Assembly: GCA_045588575.1 (NCBI GenBank)
Contig: JAZNEJ010000005.1
Location: 2,269 to 66,268, forward strand
Length of the DNA: 64,000 nucleotides
Direction of reading: 5' to 3'
From: Eubacteriales bacterium
Lineage (GTDB): Bacteria > Bacillota > Clostridia > Oscillospirales > RGIG5299
Shown: positions 35,464-45,536 of the stretch, piece by piece
How the letters are laid out: each line of letters opens with the position of its first letter
How positions within the stretch are numbered: the stretch's first letter is position 1
Notes under the pieces: generated by a model
Database searches by the model: none
What the model was told of the DNA's origin: nothing
Seen by the model: the letters and a program-made list of their open reading frames with translations, nothing else
Program-made: the position numbers and the translations under genes

Positions 35464-36333
35464 TTAAAGAGTTTTTACAAATTCTTTGAGATATTCTTTG
35501 AATTCTTCGCCTATTTCGGGGTGATTGATTGCAGTTTCAACGGCTGCCTGCATAACGCCTAACTTGTTTCCCATATCGTAACGGGTGCCCGAGAAAACAA
35601 CGCCTGTCATACCGTCTCTTCTTGCCAAAACCTTCATTGCATCGGTGAGCTGAATTTCGCCGCCTGCGCCGGGTTCGGTTTTATCAAGAATATCAAAAAT
35701 TTCATAAGGTAAAACAACTCTGCCCAAAATTGAAAGATTGGAAAATTCCTCGCCTTTTTTGGGCTTTTCAATCATATCGGTAACGTTATAAATGTTTTCT
35801 TCAAGCTCTTCCGCTTTCATTGAAGAATAGCGTGAAAGCTGTTCTACGGGCACGGGCTTTAAGCCGCAAACGCCCTTGCCGTATTTTTCATAAGCCTCGC
35901 AAAGCTCTTTGGTTGCGGGAATGTCGCCCATAATAACGTCGTCGCCGTAAAGAATTGCAATAGGCTCGCCTGCCGCAAACTCTCTTGCATAGGTAATTGC
36001 GTGGCCCAAGCCTTTAACCTCTTGCTGACGAACGAAGGTTATTTTTGCAAGACCGCAGGGTTTAACGGCTGCATCAAGCTCTTTTTGCTTGTTGCCTGCT
36101 ATTAAACGTTCTTCAAGCTCAACGAAACGGTCGAAATGGTCTTCAATTGCGCTTTTTCCCCTTGATGTGATTATGAGAATTTCTTCAATTCCCGATTTTG
36201 CCGCTTCTTCAACTATATATTGAATTGCAGGCTTATCAACGATGGGTAAAAGCTCCTTCGGAATAGCCTTTGTTGCGGGAAGCATTCTGGTACCGAAACC
36301 CGCTGCGGGAATAACAGCCTTTCTTACTTTCAT
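35464..36333 (-). CDS. galU: UTP--glucose-1-phosphate uridylyltransferase
   Basis: KAVIPAAGFGTRMLPATKAIPKELLPIVDKP N-terminal signature, 289 aa. Confidence 0.93.
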   Translation of the reverse strand: MKVRKAVIPAAGFGTRMLPATKAIPKELLPIVDKPAIQYIVEEAAKSGIEEILIITSRGKSAIEDHFDRFVELEERLIAGNKQKELDAAVKPCGLAKITFVRQQEVKGLGHAITYAREFAAGEPIAILYGDDVIMGDIPATKELCEAYEKYGKGVCGLKPVPVEQLSRYSSMKAEELEENIYNVTDMIEKPKKGEEFSNLSILGRVVLPYEIFDILDKTEPGAGGEIQLTDAMKVLARRDGMTGVVFSGTRYDMGNKLGVMQAAVETAINHPEIGEEFKEYLKEFVKTL

Positions 36334-36349
36334 ATTATCAAACCTTCCA

Positions 36350-36895
36350 TTATTTTTTTCTATTCAGTGCCGACAAAACGTCGTATTTGTTCAATAAAAA
36401 GATAAAAGGAACGCCCAAAACGGCGCACGAAACTATTTCGGATGCGAAAATAGAAACGAAATTAGTTAAATAAACCGTTAAAAATATCTCGTTTGTTGCG
36501 GAGGGAATTGTAAGGGCTAAAGAAACTATAACCGCGTTGAAAATAACGGGCGGAAAAACAGCAAAGAAATATTCGCTTTTTTTAATTTTAAGCGGACTTA
36601 CTCCTTCTTCAAAGCGTTTGCGGTATTTTCTTCCTGCATAGGCGGTAAAAAAAGCCGCAATTAAGGTTGCAAGAGGACCTAAAAAAAGGTCGAACGCATT
36701 TGAGAAGATGTTTGCAAAAAAACAACCAACCGTGAGTGCGATTGCGGCGGGCGGAAAGAAAAACGGAATTAAAGTAAGCAGCTCCGAAAGCCTTAGTTGA
36801 ATGGGCGTAAAAGCAACGGGAAGCGTTACCCAAGTCAGCGCTACGTAAGCGGCTGCAATTATACCGCAAAGAGTAATCTCACGTGTTTTGTTCAT
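36350..36895 (-). CDS. queT: QueT-family queuosine-precursor transporter
   Basis: 181-aa protein with 5-6 TM helices directly downstream of a preQ1-I riboswitch. The family call rests largely on this context. Confidence 0.75.
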   Translation of the reverse strand: MNKTREITLCGIIAAAYVALTWVTLPVAFTPIQLRLSELLTLIPFFFPPAAIALTVGCFFANIFSNAFDLFLGPLATLIAAFFTAYAGRKYRKRFEEGVSPLKIKKSEYFFAVFPPVIFNAVIVSLALTIPSATNEIFLTVYLTNFVSIFASEIVSCAVLGVPFIFLLNKYDVLSALNRKK

Positions 36896-36915
36896 TTTTA
36901 AATACCTTGCTTTGT

Positions 36916-36953
36916 CTTAGTTTTTTTTAGAGTCGGGAATTCTCGAACCGACT
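36916..36953 (-). promoter_or_regulatory. preQ1-I riboswitch
   Basis: Reverse strand AGTCGGTTCGAGAATTCCCGACTCTAAAAAAAACTAAG aligns with the B. subtilis queC aptamer AGAGGUUCUAGCUACACCCUCUAUAAAAAACUAA. It has the P1 stem, a C-containing loop and the A-rich tail with CUAAG. Confidence 0.8.
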
Positions 36954-36959
36954 GAATAT

Positions 36960-36988
36960 ACTATAACACTTTCTTGCGAAAAGGTCAA
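36960..36988 (-). promoter_or_regulatory. Sigma-A promoter of the preQ1-queT unit
   Basis: Reverse strand reads TTGACC (36988-36983), 17 nt, TATAGT (36965-36960), just upstream of the aptamer. Confidence 0.6.
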
Positions 36989-37125
36989 CAATAATTTTTG
37001 TAAAAGCAGCTGTTAATAACAATTGTGCAAGATAACGAAAATTAAAAACCCCCTTGAAATAAAAGAAGAAAACTGTTAAAATATAGAAGATGGGTTAAAA
37101 TTTTGAAAAAGAAATGAGGAACAAT

Positions 37126-38880
37126 ATGTCAGTTTTTGACGTGTTTACACTTCTTGGCGGACTTGCGTTTTTCCTTTTCGGAATGAACGTAATGTCAGAT
37201 GGGCTTGAAAAAATTTCAGGCGGAAAACTTGAGCACACCCTTAGAAAAATGACTTCTAACCGTTTTAAAGGAATCGGCCTCGGCGCCGGAATAACGGTTG
37301 CAATTCAGTCTTCTTCGGCAATGACGGTTATGCTCGTTGGCTTGGTTAACTCCGGCATTTTGGTTTTAGACCAAACCGTTGGCGTAATTATGGGTTCAAA
37401 CATAGGAACCACCTTAACGGCGTGGATTTTGAGCTTAACCGGTCTTGAAGGCGATAATTTCTGGCTTCAGCTTTTAAAGCCCTCTTCCTTCTCACCGCTT
37501 TTTGCATTTTTGGGAATAGTTCTCATAATGTTTGCCAAAAACGGCAAAACCAAAGACATTGGCGGAAGCTTGGTTGGCTTTGGAATTTTAATGTTCGGCA
37601 TGGAGCTTATGTCGGGCTCGGTTAAGGGGCTTGCAGCGCTTCCCGAATTCAGCGCAATTCTCACTGCATTTGAAAATCCCATTTTAGGTCTTGTTGTCGG
37701 CGCAGTTTTCACCGGCATAATTCAAAGCTCGGCTGCAACCGTTGGTATTGTGCTTGCTTTTGCGGCAATGGGTAACGGCGATTTTACAATGGCTGTTGCA
37801 CTTCCCATAATTTTGGGTTCAAACATAGGAACCTGCGTAACCGCGCTTATTTCGAGTATCGGCGTTAACAAAAATGCAAAGCGCGTTGCCTTTATTCACA
37901 TAATATTTAACACCATAGGCTCAATTGTTTGGCTTATAGTTCTTTACGGAACCGACCTATTCTTCCACTACGAATTTTTAAGGTCGGCGGTAACTCCCAT
38001 AGGCGTTGCAATAATCCACACCGTCTTTAACGTTACCACTACGATTTTGCTCTTGCCCTTCTGCAAGCATCTCGTTAAATTTGCAAAGCTTGCAATTAAA
38101 GATAAAAAATCCGACGAGGTTTACGAACTTCTCGACGAGCGTCTTATGCGCTCGCCCTCAATTGCAATTTTCGAGAGCAAAAACGTTGCCTATAAAATGG
38201 CAGGTCTTGCAAAGCAAAATCTTTTGGATTCGTTATCGCTTTTGGAAAAATACGATGCCAAGCTTGCCGAAAGCATTGCGGCAACCGAAGAAAAGATAGA
38301 CGTTTATGAAGATAAGCTCGGAACCTATCTCGTTAAGCTTTCGGGCCACAATCTCTCCGCGCAGGAAGGTAATGATATTTCCAAGCTCTTACATACCATC
38401 GGCGATTTCGAAAGAATTGCCGACCACGCAATGAATATAAGAGACGTTGCAGTGGAAATGCATTCCAAGAAGCTTGATTTCTCCGAAAGTGCAAAAGAGG
38501 ATTTAAAAACGGTTATCGAGGCGGTTAAGGAGATAATGGATATTACCGTTTCTTCCTTTGAAACCGAAAACAGCTCTCTTGCAATAAGCGTTGAGCCTCT
38601 TGAAGAGGTAATAGACGAGCTTGTTAAAGAGGTTAAGGGACGTCATATTGAAAGACTCACTCAGGGTGCTTGCACCATTGAGCTCGGTTTCGTTCATTCC
38701 GATTTATTAACCAACTTTGAAAGAATTTCCGACCACTGCTCCAACGTTGCGGTTGCGGTAATTAAAATTAAAGATTCTTCTTTCGATGCTCACGGTTACT
38801 TAAACGAAATTAAAAAAGGCGGCGAGCCTCAGTTCGTTGCCGAATTTAAGAGCTACAAAGAAAAATACGCTCTCAAATAA
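37126..38880 (+). CDS. Na/Pi cotransporter family protein with C-terminal PhoU-like domains
   Basis: Repeated QSSSA/QSSAAT motifs lie in the TM region, followed by a C-terminal helical PhoU-like repeat (ERIADHAMN, ERISDHCSN). ATG 37126 sits behind a GAGGA RBS. Confidence 0.87.
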   Translation: MSVFDVFTLLGGLAFFLFGMNVMSDGLEKISGGKLEHTLRKMTSNRFKGIGLGAGITVAIQSSSAMTVMLVGLVNSGILVLDQTVGVIMGSNIGTTLTAWILSLTGLEGDNFWLQLLKPSSFSPLFAFLGIVLIMFAKNGKTKDIGGSLVGFGILMFGMELMSGSVKGLAALPEFSAILTAFENPILGLVVGAVFTGIIQSSAATVGIVLAFAAMGNGDFTMAVALPIILGSNIGTCVTALISSIGVNKNAKRVAFIHIIFNTIGSIVWLIVLYGTDLFFHYEFLRSAVTPIGVAIIHTVFNVTTTILLLPFCKHLVKFAKLAIKDKKSDEVYELLDERLMRSPSIAIFESKNVAYKMAGLAKQNLLDSLSLLEKYDAKLAESIAATEEKIDVYEDKLGTYLVKLSGHNLSAQEGNDISKLLHTIGDFERIADHAMNIRDVAVEMHSKKLDFSESAKEDLKTVIEAVKEIMDITVSSFETENSSLAISVEPLEEVIDELVKEVKGRHIERLTQGACTIELGFVHSDLLTNFERISDHCSNVAVAVIKIKDSSFDAHGYLNEIKKGGEPQFVAEFKSYKEKYALK

Positions 38881-38889
38881 AAAAATAAA

Positions 38890-38919
38890 AACGGTGCTGA
38901 AATCGGCACCGTTTTTTTA
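38890..38919 (+). terminator. Intrinsic terminator after the Na/Pi gene
   Basis: Stem ACGGTGC/GCACCGT followed by a T7 run. Confidence 0.7.
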
Positions 38920-38997
38920 TATAAATTTTAATATTTTATAGACATTTAAAGAATAAGTTGGTATAATATAATAAGATTAGTGTATAGTGGAGGAAAT

Positions 38998-40188
38998 ATG
39001 CTTTTTAAAAATTGCATTACGGAAAACGGCGTTTGCGATATTGCCGTTAAAAACGGAGTTATTACAAACGGAGAATACGACGGCGAGGTAATCGACTGTA
39101 ACGGGCTTTTTGCCTGCTACGGCTTTTTAGATATGCATTGCCATTTACGAGACCCCGGCTTTACTCATAAGGAAGATATAACAAGCGGCTTAAAGGCTGC
39201 GGCAAAGGGCGGCTTTACCTCGGTTATGCCTATGCCGAATACCAAGCCCGTTTGCGATTCGCCCGATGTAGTTAACTATATTTTGCAAAAATCAAAGCCT
39301 TTGGGCGTTAAGGTTTATCCCGTTGCAGCGGCAACCGAAGGGCAAAAGGGCGAGCACCTAACCGACTTTGAGGCGCTTAAAGAAAGCGGCGCCATAGCCT
39401 TTTCCGACGACGGCGTTCCCGTTTGTTCAAACTCTTTGGCAAAAGAGGCAATAATAAAGGCGGCAAATATTTCGAGCTTTTTTATATCGCACTGCGAAAC
39501 CCCCGAGCTTAACCAAAACGGCAAGGTAACTCCCGAATCGGAGGAAGCAATGATTTTGCGCGAATGCGAAATTTCCAAGGAAACGGGCAAAAGAGTTCAC
39601 ATAGCCCACGTAAGCACCGCAAAAGGTATTGAGATTATAAGAAAAGAAAAAAAAAGCGGCGCCTGCGTTACGGCGGAAAGCTGTCCTCACTATTTTTGTT
39701 TTAATGAAACAGAGGTTAGCGGAACGAACTTTAAAATGAATCCTCCTTTAAGAGCCGAAAACGATAGGCTTGCGGTTATAGAAGGGTTAAAGGACGGCAC
39801 GCTCGACGTTATTTCAACCGACCATGCTCCCCACACTCCCGAGGAAAAAGCGGCTCCCTATAACAAAGCTCCCAACGGAATTTTGGGATTTGAAACGGCT
39901 TTTGCGGCAGGATACACCCACCTTGTTAAAACGGGAAGGCTAACGCTTTCGGAGCTTGTTTATAAGATGTCGAAAAAACCTTATGAAATTTGCGGCATAA
40001 AGGGCGGCGAATTAAAAGAGGGTATGCCCGCCGATGTGGTTTTCATAAATTTAAGCGAAAGCTTCGTTTATAAAAAAGAAGAAATTCTTTCAAAATCGCA
40101 AAACTCACCGTTTATAGATAAAGAACTTTACGGCAGAATAAAAATCACAGTTTCAAACGGAAATATTATATACGACGAAAGGAAATAA
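38998..40188 (+). CDS. pyrC: Dihydroorotase
   Basis: DMHCHLRDPG metal motif and HVSTA...DHAPH. ATG 38998 follows a GGAGGA RBS. Confidence 0.92.
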   Translation: MLFKNCITENGVCDIAVKNGVITNGEYDGEVIDCNGLFACYGFLDMHCHLRDPGFTHKEDITSGLKAAAKGGFTSVMPMPNTKPVCDSPDVVNYILQKSKPLGVKVYPVAAATEGQKGEHLTDFEALKESGAIAFSDDGVPVCSNSLAKEAIIKAANISSFFISHCETPELNQNGKVTPESEEAMILRECEISKETGKRVHIAHVSTAKGIEIIRKEKKSGACVTAESCPHYFCFNETEVSGTNFKMNPPLRAENDRLAVIEGLKDGTLDVISTDHAPHTPEEKAAPYNKAPNGILGFETAFAAGYTHLVKTGRLTLSELVYKMSKKPYEICGIKGGELKEGMPADVVFINLSESFVYKKEEILSKSQNSPFIDKELYGRIKITVSNGNIIYDERK

Positions 40189-40190
40189 AA

Positions 40191-41054
40191 ATGGACAGAC
40201 TTATTTCGTTAATGAAAGAAAAAAATAATGCATCGGTAATAGGGCTCGACCCCGTTATCGACTATATTCCCGATTTTGTAAAGGCAAAGCACGCCGATAT
40301 AACGGATGCGATTTTGGAATATAACTTGAATTTAATCGACGTTTTTTACGATATCGTTCCCGCAATTAAGCCTCAGCTCGCTTACTACGAGGTTTTCGGA
40401 AGCAAGGGCTTGGCGGTTTACGAAAAAACAGCGGCTTACGCAAAGGAAAAAGGTCTTTACGTAATTGCCGACGGTAAAAGAAACGATATAGGCTCAACCG
40501 CATCGGCTTACGCTGCGGCATATCTCGGCGAAAACAAATCGGCCGACGCTTTAACCGTTAACGGCTATCTCGGAATAGACGGCATTAAGCCTTTCTTGGA
40601 CGAGGCGGTTAAAAACGATAAAGATATTTTCGTTTTGGCAAAAACCTCAAACGCATCGTCGGGTGAATTTCAAGATATAAAACTCGAAACCGGTGAAAAA
40701 ATTTCCGAAAAAATGCTTTCGCTCATTTCCGAATGGGGAAAAGAAACAATAGGCGAATACGGATATTCGAGAATAGGCGCGGTTGTTGGAGCAACCTATC
40801 CCGAGGAGCTTAAAGAGTTCAGAAACAAAAGAAGCGATATATTCTTCCTCGTCCCCGGTTACGGCTTCCAAGGCGGCGGCGCAGAGGGCATAAAGGGCGG
40901 ATTTGATTCAAACGGATTCGGCGCAATAGTAAATTCATCGAGAGCCATTATGCTCGCATATAAAAAAGAGGGCGACCCGCTTAAATATAAAGAGGCGGCA
41001 AGAAAAGAAGTTATAAGAATGAAAGATGAAATTAATTCCGTGAGGGTGAAATAA
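40191..41054 (+). CDS. pyrF: Orotidine-5'-phosphate decarboxylase (long type 2)
   Basis: VIGLDP...IADGKRNDIGST...VNGYLG pattern, 287 aa, within the pyr operon. Confidence 0.9.
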   Translation: MDRLISLMKEKNNASVIGLDPVIDYIPDFVKAKHADITDAILEYNLNLIDVFYDIVPAIKPQLAYYEVFGSKGLAVYEKTAAYAKEKGLYVIADGKRNDIGSTASAYAAAYLGENKSADALTVNGYLGIDGIKPFLDEAVKNDKDIFVLAKTSNASSGEFQDIKLETGEKISEKMLSLISEWGKETIGEYGYSRIGAVVGATYPEELKEFRNKRSDIFFLVPGYGFQGGGAEGIKGGFDSNGFGAIVNSSRAIMLAYKKEGDPLKYKEAARKEVIRMKDEINSVRVK

Positions 41055-41821
41055 TGGATAAAATGGTAACTCTTGCTCCCGTAACAGAAATACGGGAAAT
41101 CAGAAAAGACCTGTTTATGCTCACCTTTGAAAGTAAGGAAATTGCCGAAAAAGCAGTGTGCGGACAGTTCGTTCACATAAAATGCGGAGAGGGCGTTTAT
41201 TTAAGACGTCCCATAAGCATCTTTTCGGTTGAAAACAATAATGTTACAATTATTTTCGAAGTAAGAGGAAACGGCACAAAGGCTCTTTCAGAGAAGAACG
41301 TGGGCAATCTCATAGACGTTATAGGCCCGCTTGGAAACGGATATTCTCTTTCAAAGCTTAAAGATAAAAAAGTATGGTTAATAGGCGGCGGAATAGGCGT
41401 TTTTCCGCTTTATATGGCGGCAAAGGAATTTAAAGAAAACAGTGAAACTGTTTTGGGATTTAAAAACGCCGACCTCGTTGTAACCGAAAAGGATTTTGCA
41501 TTCACCGGCTCATCGGTAACGGTTGTAACCGACGACGGAAGCATGGGCGAAAAAGGCTTTGTAACCGATATTTTCCGTAAAAAGCTTTTAAACGGTAAAC
41601 CCGACGCCGTTTTAGCGTGCGGACCTATGGTAATGCTTAAAGCGGTTTCGGAAATATGTAAGGAAAACGGAATTTTTTGCGAAATATCTCTCGAAGAGAG
41701 AATGGCTTGCGGTCTCGGCGCTTGCCTTTGCTGCATAACTCCCGTTAAGGTGGCCGATGAGGTTGAAAATCTCACGGTTTGCCGCCACGGTCCCGTTTTC
41801 AACGCAACGGAGGTGTTCTAA
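41054..41821 (+). CDS. pyrK: Dihydroorotate dehydrogenase B electron-transfer subunit
   Basis: FAD/NAD-binding fold motifs (RRPISI, GGGIGVFP) and a C-terminal 2Fe-2S Cys cluster CGLGACLCC...C. Confidence 0.9.
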   Translation: MDKMVTLAPVTEIREIRKDLFMLTFESKEIAEKAVCGQFVHIKCGEGVYLRRPISIFSVENNNVTIIFEVRGNGTKALSEKNVGNLIDVIGPLGNGYSLSKLKDKKVWLIGGGIGVFPLYMAAKEFKENSETVLGFKNADLVVTEKDFAFTGSSVTVVTDDGSMGEKGFVTDIFRKKLLNGKPDAVLACGPMVMLKAVSEICKENGIFCEISLEERMACGLGACLCCITPVKVADEVENLTVCRHGPVFNATEVF

Positions 41822-42727
41822 ATGGATATGTCGGTTAATATTGCGGGCGTAACGCTTAAAAATCCCGTAATCGTTTCGTCGGGCTGCTTTGCATTCGGCA
41901 GAGAATTTAACGAATTTTATCCCATTTCTTCCTTGGGCGCAATAGCCGTTAAAGGCTTAACCAAAGAAAAACGGTTGGGAAACGCCGCACCGAGAGTTAC
42001 GGAAACTCCTGCGGGACTTTTAAACTCGGTAGGTCTTCAAAACCCCGGAATTGAAGATTTTATAAAATACGAGCTTCCTTATTTGGAGGAACAGGGCGCA
42101 ACCGCAATTGCAAATATTGCAGGCAAATCGGTTTATGAATTTGCCGAAATGGCTGAAAGACTTAACGAAACGAGCGTGGCGTTAATTGAGCTTAACGTTT
42201 CATGCCCCAACGTTTCGTCGGGCGGAATGGCTTTCGGCGTAAGCGCCGAGGCGGTTTCTCAAATAACCAAAGAGGTTAAAAGCAAAACCAATAAGCCCGT
42301 AATAGTAAAGCTTTCGCCAAACGTTACCTCTGTTGCCGAAATAGCAAAGGCGGCCGAGGCATCGGGCGCAGATGCAATATCGCTTATAAACACCCTTTTG
42401 GGAATGAGAATAGATATTAAAACGAAAAAACCTATTTTAAGAAACAATACGGGCGGTCTTTCTGGCCCTGCGGTTTTTCCCGTTGCGGTAAGAATGGTAA
42501 GAGACGTTTATAAGGCGGTTAAGCTTCCCATAATAGGAATGGGCGGCATTTCAAACGTAAACGACGCCGTTGAAATGATGGTTGCGGGCGCAACCGCAAT
42601 ATCGGTTGGAAGTGCAAATCTCGTTGACCCCTACGCCGCTTACGCGATTGTAAACGAGCTTGAAGAATACTGCGAGAAAAACGGAGAAACACCCGCATCG
42701 CTTACCGGAAGCTTGGTTGAATATTAA
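41822..42727 (+). CDS. pyrD: Dihydroorotate dehydrogenase B catalytic subunit
   Basis: NPVIVSSGCF...LNSVGLQNPG...ELNVSCPN...GGLSGP motifs. Confidence 0.93.
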   Translation: MDMSVNIAGVTLKNPVIVSSGCFAFGREFNEFYPISSLGAIAVKGLTKEKRLGNAAPRVTETPAGLLNSVGLQNPGIEDFIKYELPYLEEQGATAIANIAGKSVYEFAEMAERLNETSVALIELNVSCPNVSSGGMAFGVSAEAVSQITKEVKSKTNKPVIVKLSPNVTSVAEIAKAAEASGADAISLINTLLGMRIDIKTKKPILRNNTGGLSGPAVFPVAVRMVRDVYKAVKLPIIGMGGISNVNDAVEMMVAGATAISVGSANLVDPYAAYAIVNELEEYCEKNGETPASLTGSLVEY

Positions 42728-42742
42728 AAGGAGAACGGTATT

Positions 42743-43669
42743 ATGATATACACAGTAACCTTAAACCCGTGTATTGATAAAACCTATATGGTGCCCGAAC
42801 TTAAAGAGGGCGGCTTTTCAAGAGCAACCTCATCGCGCACCGATTTAAGCGGAAAAGGCGTTAATGTTTCAATTGACCTTGGAATTTTAGGCTTAAAAAC
42901 CGTTTCAACGGGATTTATCGGTAATGCCGACGCTGAAAGATACCAAAGCTTTTTAAAAAATTTCAATGCAGATTTCGGCTTCGTTTTAATTGACGGCGCG
43001 GTTAGAATAAACTGTAAAATAATAGATTTAAAAACCAAAAAGCAAACCGACGTTAACGAAAGCGGTCCTGCTGTTTGCGAGGAAAAAAAGCAAGAGCTTT
43101 TAAAATTTATTTCAGGAGTTACGGGCGAAGACACCGTTATAATTTCGGGCTCAATGCCTCCCGAATTTAACGGCGAGGATTTTGAAAAGCTCGTTTCTCT
43201 CGTAAAACAAAGAGGGGCAAGACTTATAATAGACACCGAAAAAACAGGTCTTGGTCTTGCTGAAAAATATAATGCGTTTGTAATAAAACCGAATCAAAGC
43301 GAATTTTGCGAATATATAGGCAAGCAAACCGAGGATATTAACGAAATAGTCGAATATGCTTTAAAAAAGGCAAAAAATATAGAAAATATAATTATCTCGC
43401 TCGGCGGCGACGGTTCGGTTTTCGTAAGAGGAAACGAGGCTTATTTTGCCAAGGCGGAAAACGTCAACTGTCTTTCGACAACGGGCGCGGGTGATGCGCT
43501 TCTTTCGGGCTTCGTTTTCGGAATTACTACCGGAAAAAGCTATTCGGACGCAATTAGGTGGGCGGTTTCTACGGCATCGGCAAAGGTTGAAAACGAGGGC
43601 ACAAAGCCACCCGAAAAAGAAAAAATAGAAGCATTTTTAAACAGAGTTAAAATAACTAAAATAAAGTAA
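42743..43669 (+). CDS. PfkB-family sugar-phosphate kinase (1-phosphofructokinase/tagatose-6-P kinase type)
   Basis: MIYTVTLNPCIDKT start, GKGVNVS and TTGAGDAL motifs. No PTS or fruR partner is adjacent, so the substrate is uncertain. Confidence 0.82.
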   Translation: MIYTVTLNPCIDKTYMVPELKEGGFSRATSSRTDLSGKGVNVSIDLGILGLKTVSTGFIGNADAERYQSFLKNFNADFGFVLIDGAVRINCKIIDLKTKKQTDVNESGPAVCEEKKQELLKFISGVTGEDTVIISGSMPPEFNGEDFEKLVSLVKQRGARLIIDTEKTGLGLAEKYNAFVIKPNQSEFCEYIGKQTEDINEIVEYALKKAKNIENIIISLGGDGSVFVRGNEAYFAKAENVNCLSTTGAGDALLSGFVFGITTGKSYSDAIRWAVSTASAKVENEGTKPPEKEKIEAFLNRVKITKIK

Positions 43670-43683
43670 AGAGGAGAATCGAA

Positions 43684-44622
43684 ATGGAAGCACCGTTACT
43701 TTTTGTAAAACTCGGAGATATAGCAAAGGAATTTGAATTTGAAAACGTTTTCGTTCCTGAAAATTGGGAAGAAATAAAGGTTACAACTCCGGAGGTTAAC
43801 CGTCCGGGTCTTGAAATAAGCGGCTTTTACGCGCATTTCGATAACAATCGTCTTCAGGTTATAGGAAACGTTGAATACGGCTACTTAAATCAGCTCACGG
43901 CTGAAAAACGATATGAAAGCTGCAAAAGCCTTTTTGAAACGAAAATCCCCGCTCTTATAGTAACAAGAGGATTGCATCCGTTTGATGAAATGGTAAAGGC
44001 CGCAGAGGAAACCAAAACTCCTCTTTTCAGCGTTAAGGAGTCGGCGGCAGAGCTTATGGCAAACATTATTTCCGATTTAAACGTAAGACTTGCCGAAAGA
44101 ATAACCCGACACGGCGTTTTGGTTGAGGTTTACGGCGAAGGTATTTTGCTTTTGGGTGAAAGCGGAGTAGGTAAGAGTGAAACGGCAATGGAACTTTTAA
44201 AAAGAGGCCACCGTTTAATTGCCGACGACGCCGTTGAAATAAAAAAGGTTTCAAAGAAAACACTTGTAGGCTCCTCTCCCGAAATGATAAGACATCTTAT
44301 TGAAATAAGAGGCATAGGAATAGTTGACGTAAGACGTCTTTTCGGTATGGGTGCTGTTAAAGAAACCGAAAAAATCGACCTTGTTATAAATTTGGAAAAG
44401 TGGGATGAAAACACTCACTACGACCGCTTCGGTTTAGACGAGCAATACACCGAAATTTTAGGCATAAAGGTAACGAGCCTTAAAATTCCGATACGTCCCG
44501 GACGTAACCTTGCGGTAATAATCGAGGTTGCATCAATGAACAACCGTCTTAAAAAGATGGGCTACAATTCTGCAAAAGAGCTTAATAAACGCCTTATGGC
44601 AGAATACGAAACCAATATATAA
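43684..44622 (+). CDS. hprK: HPr kinase/phosphorylase
   Basis: Walker A GESGVGKSE and the signature LIADDAVEI...LIEIRGIGIVDV. Confidence 0.93.
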   Translation: MEAPLLFVKLGDIAKEFEFENVFVPENWEEIKVTTPEVNRPGLEISGFYAHFDNNRLQVIGNVEYGYLNQLTAEKRYESCKSLFETKIPALIVTRGLHPFDEMVKAAEETKTPLFSVKESAAELMANIISDLNVRLAERITRHGVLVEVYGEGILLLGESGVGKSETAMELLKRGHRLIADDAVEIKKVSKKTLVGSSPEMIRHLIEIRGIGIVDVRRLFGMGAVKETEKIDLVINLEKWDENTHYDRFGLDEQYTEILGIKVTSLKIPIRPGRNLAVIIEVASMNNRLKKMGYNSAKELNKRLMAEYETNI

Positions 44623-44633
44623 GGGGAATTTAT

Positions 44634-45524
44634 ATGTCGGCTTACTGCGAAAAACTTAAAAAAGCAGGAATTGAATACCGTTTAAACGAGCCTTCTGCGG
44701 CTCACGTAACAATGAAAGCCGGCGGAGCCCTTTCAATTTTCGTTTTGCCTAAAAACGTTTCCGAACTTATTTTTGCATTTAACGAGGCAAAAAAGGAAAA
44801 TATAAAGCCTTTTATTTTAGGAAACGGCTCGAACACAGTTTTTTCCGATAACGGCTTTAACGGAGCGGTAATCGGAACCGAGCTTATTTGCAATATAATG
44901 GTAACGGAAGAAAAGATTGAAGCCGATTGCGGAGCAATTCTTTCAAAGGTGGCAAGCTTGGCGGCAGATAATTCTCTTGCAGGCATGGAGTTTGCTCACG
45001 GAATTCCCGGAAGCCTCGGCGGCGCAGTATTTATGAATGCCGGCGCTTACGGCGGTGAAATGAAGGATATTATCGAATCGGTAACCTTTTTCGACGGTGA
45101 AAAAATAACCGTTAAAAATGCAAACGAGCTTTTCTTCGACTACCGTGAAAGTGAATTTTCAAAAAACGGTGCAATAGTTTTATCGGTTAAATTAAAGCTT
45201 CAAAAGGGCAAAAAAACCGAAATTAAGGCTAAAATGAAAGAGCTTTTGAAAAAAAGAAAAGAAAAACAACCGTTAAACTATCCTTCAAGCGGCTCAACCT
45301 TTAAACGTCCGGAGGGATATTTTGCGGGAAAGCTCATTGAAGATGCAGGACTTAAAGGCAAAAGAATTGGAAATATGGCGGTTTCCGAAAAGCACGCAGG
45401 CTTTGTGGTAAATTTGGGCGGCGGCACGGAAACCGATTTGGAAAAGCTTATTTCGGAAGTTCAAGAAACCGTTATGGAAAAATTCAAGGTGGAGCTTGAA
45501 CCCGAGATAAGAATAATCAAGTAA
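44634..45524 (+). CDS. murB: UDP-N-acetylenolpyruvoylglucosamine reductase
   Basis: ILGNGSN, GIPGSLGGAVFMNAGAYG and GSTFKRP motifs. Confidence 0.93.
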   Translation: MSAYCEKLKKAGIEYRLNEPSAAHVTMKAGGALSIFVLPKNVSELIFAFNEAKKENIKPFILGNGSNTVFSDNGFNGAVIGTELICNIMVTEEKIEADCGAILSKVASLAADNSLAGMEFAHGIPGSLGGAVFMNAGAYGGEMKDIIESVTFFDGEKITVKNANELFFDYRESEFSKNGAIVLSVKLKLQKGKKTEIKAKMKELLKKRKEKQPLNYPSSGSTFKRPEGYFAGKLIEDAGLKGKRIGNMAVSEKHAGFVVNLGGGTETDLEKLISEVQETVMEKFKVELEPEIRIIK

Positions 45525-45536
45525 GAGGGAATTAAA

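Noticed and set aside
38881-38997. Search for a PyrR-binding attenuator upstream of pyrC
   Set aside because: The leader after the TGGTATAAT -10 is only about 25 nt. It has no CCAGAGAGG-type loop or terminator/antiterminator pair.
42743-43669. Calling the PfkB-family kinase fruK as part of a fructose PTS operon
   Set aside because: No fruR or fruA neighbours are present. It sits between pyrD and hprK, so only the family-level call is justified.
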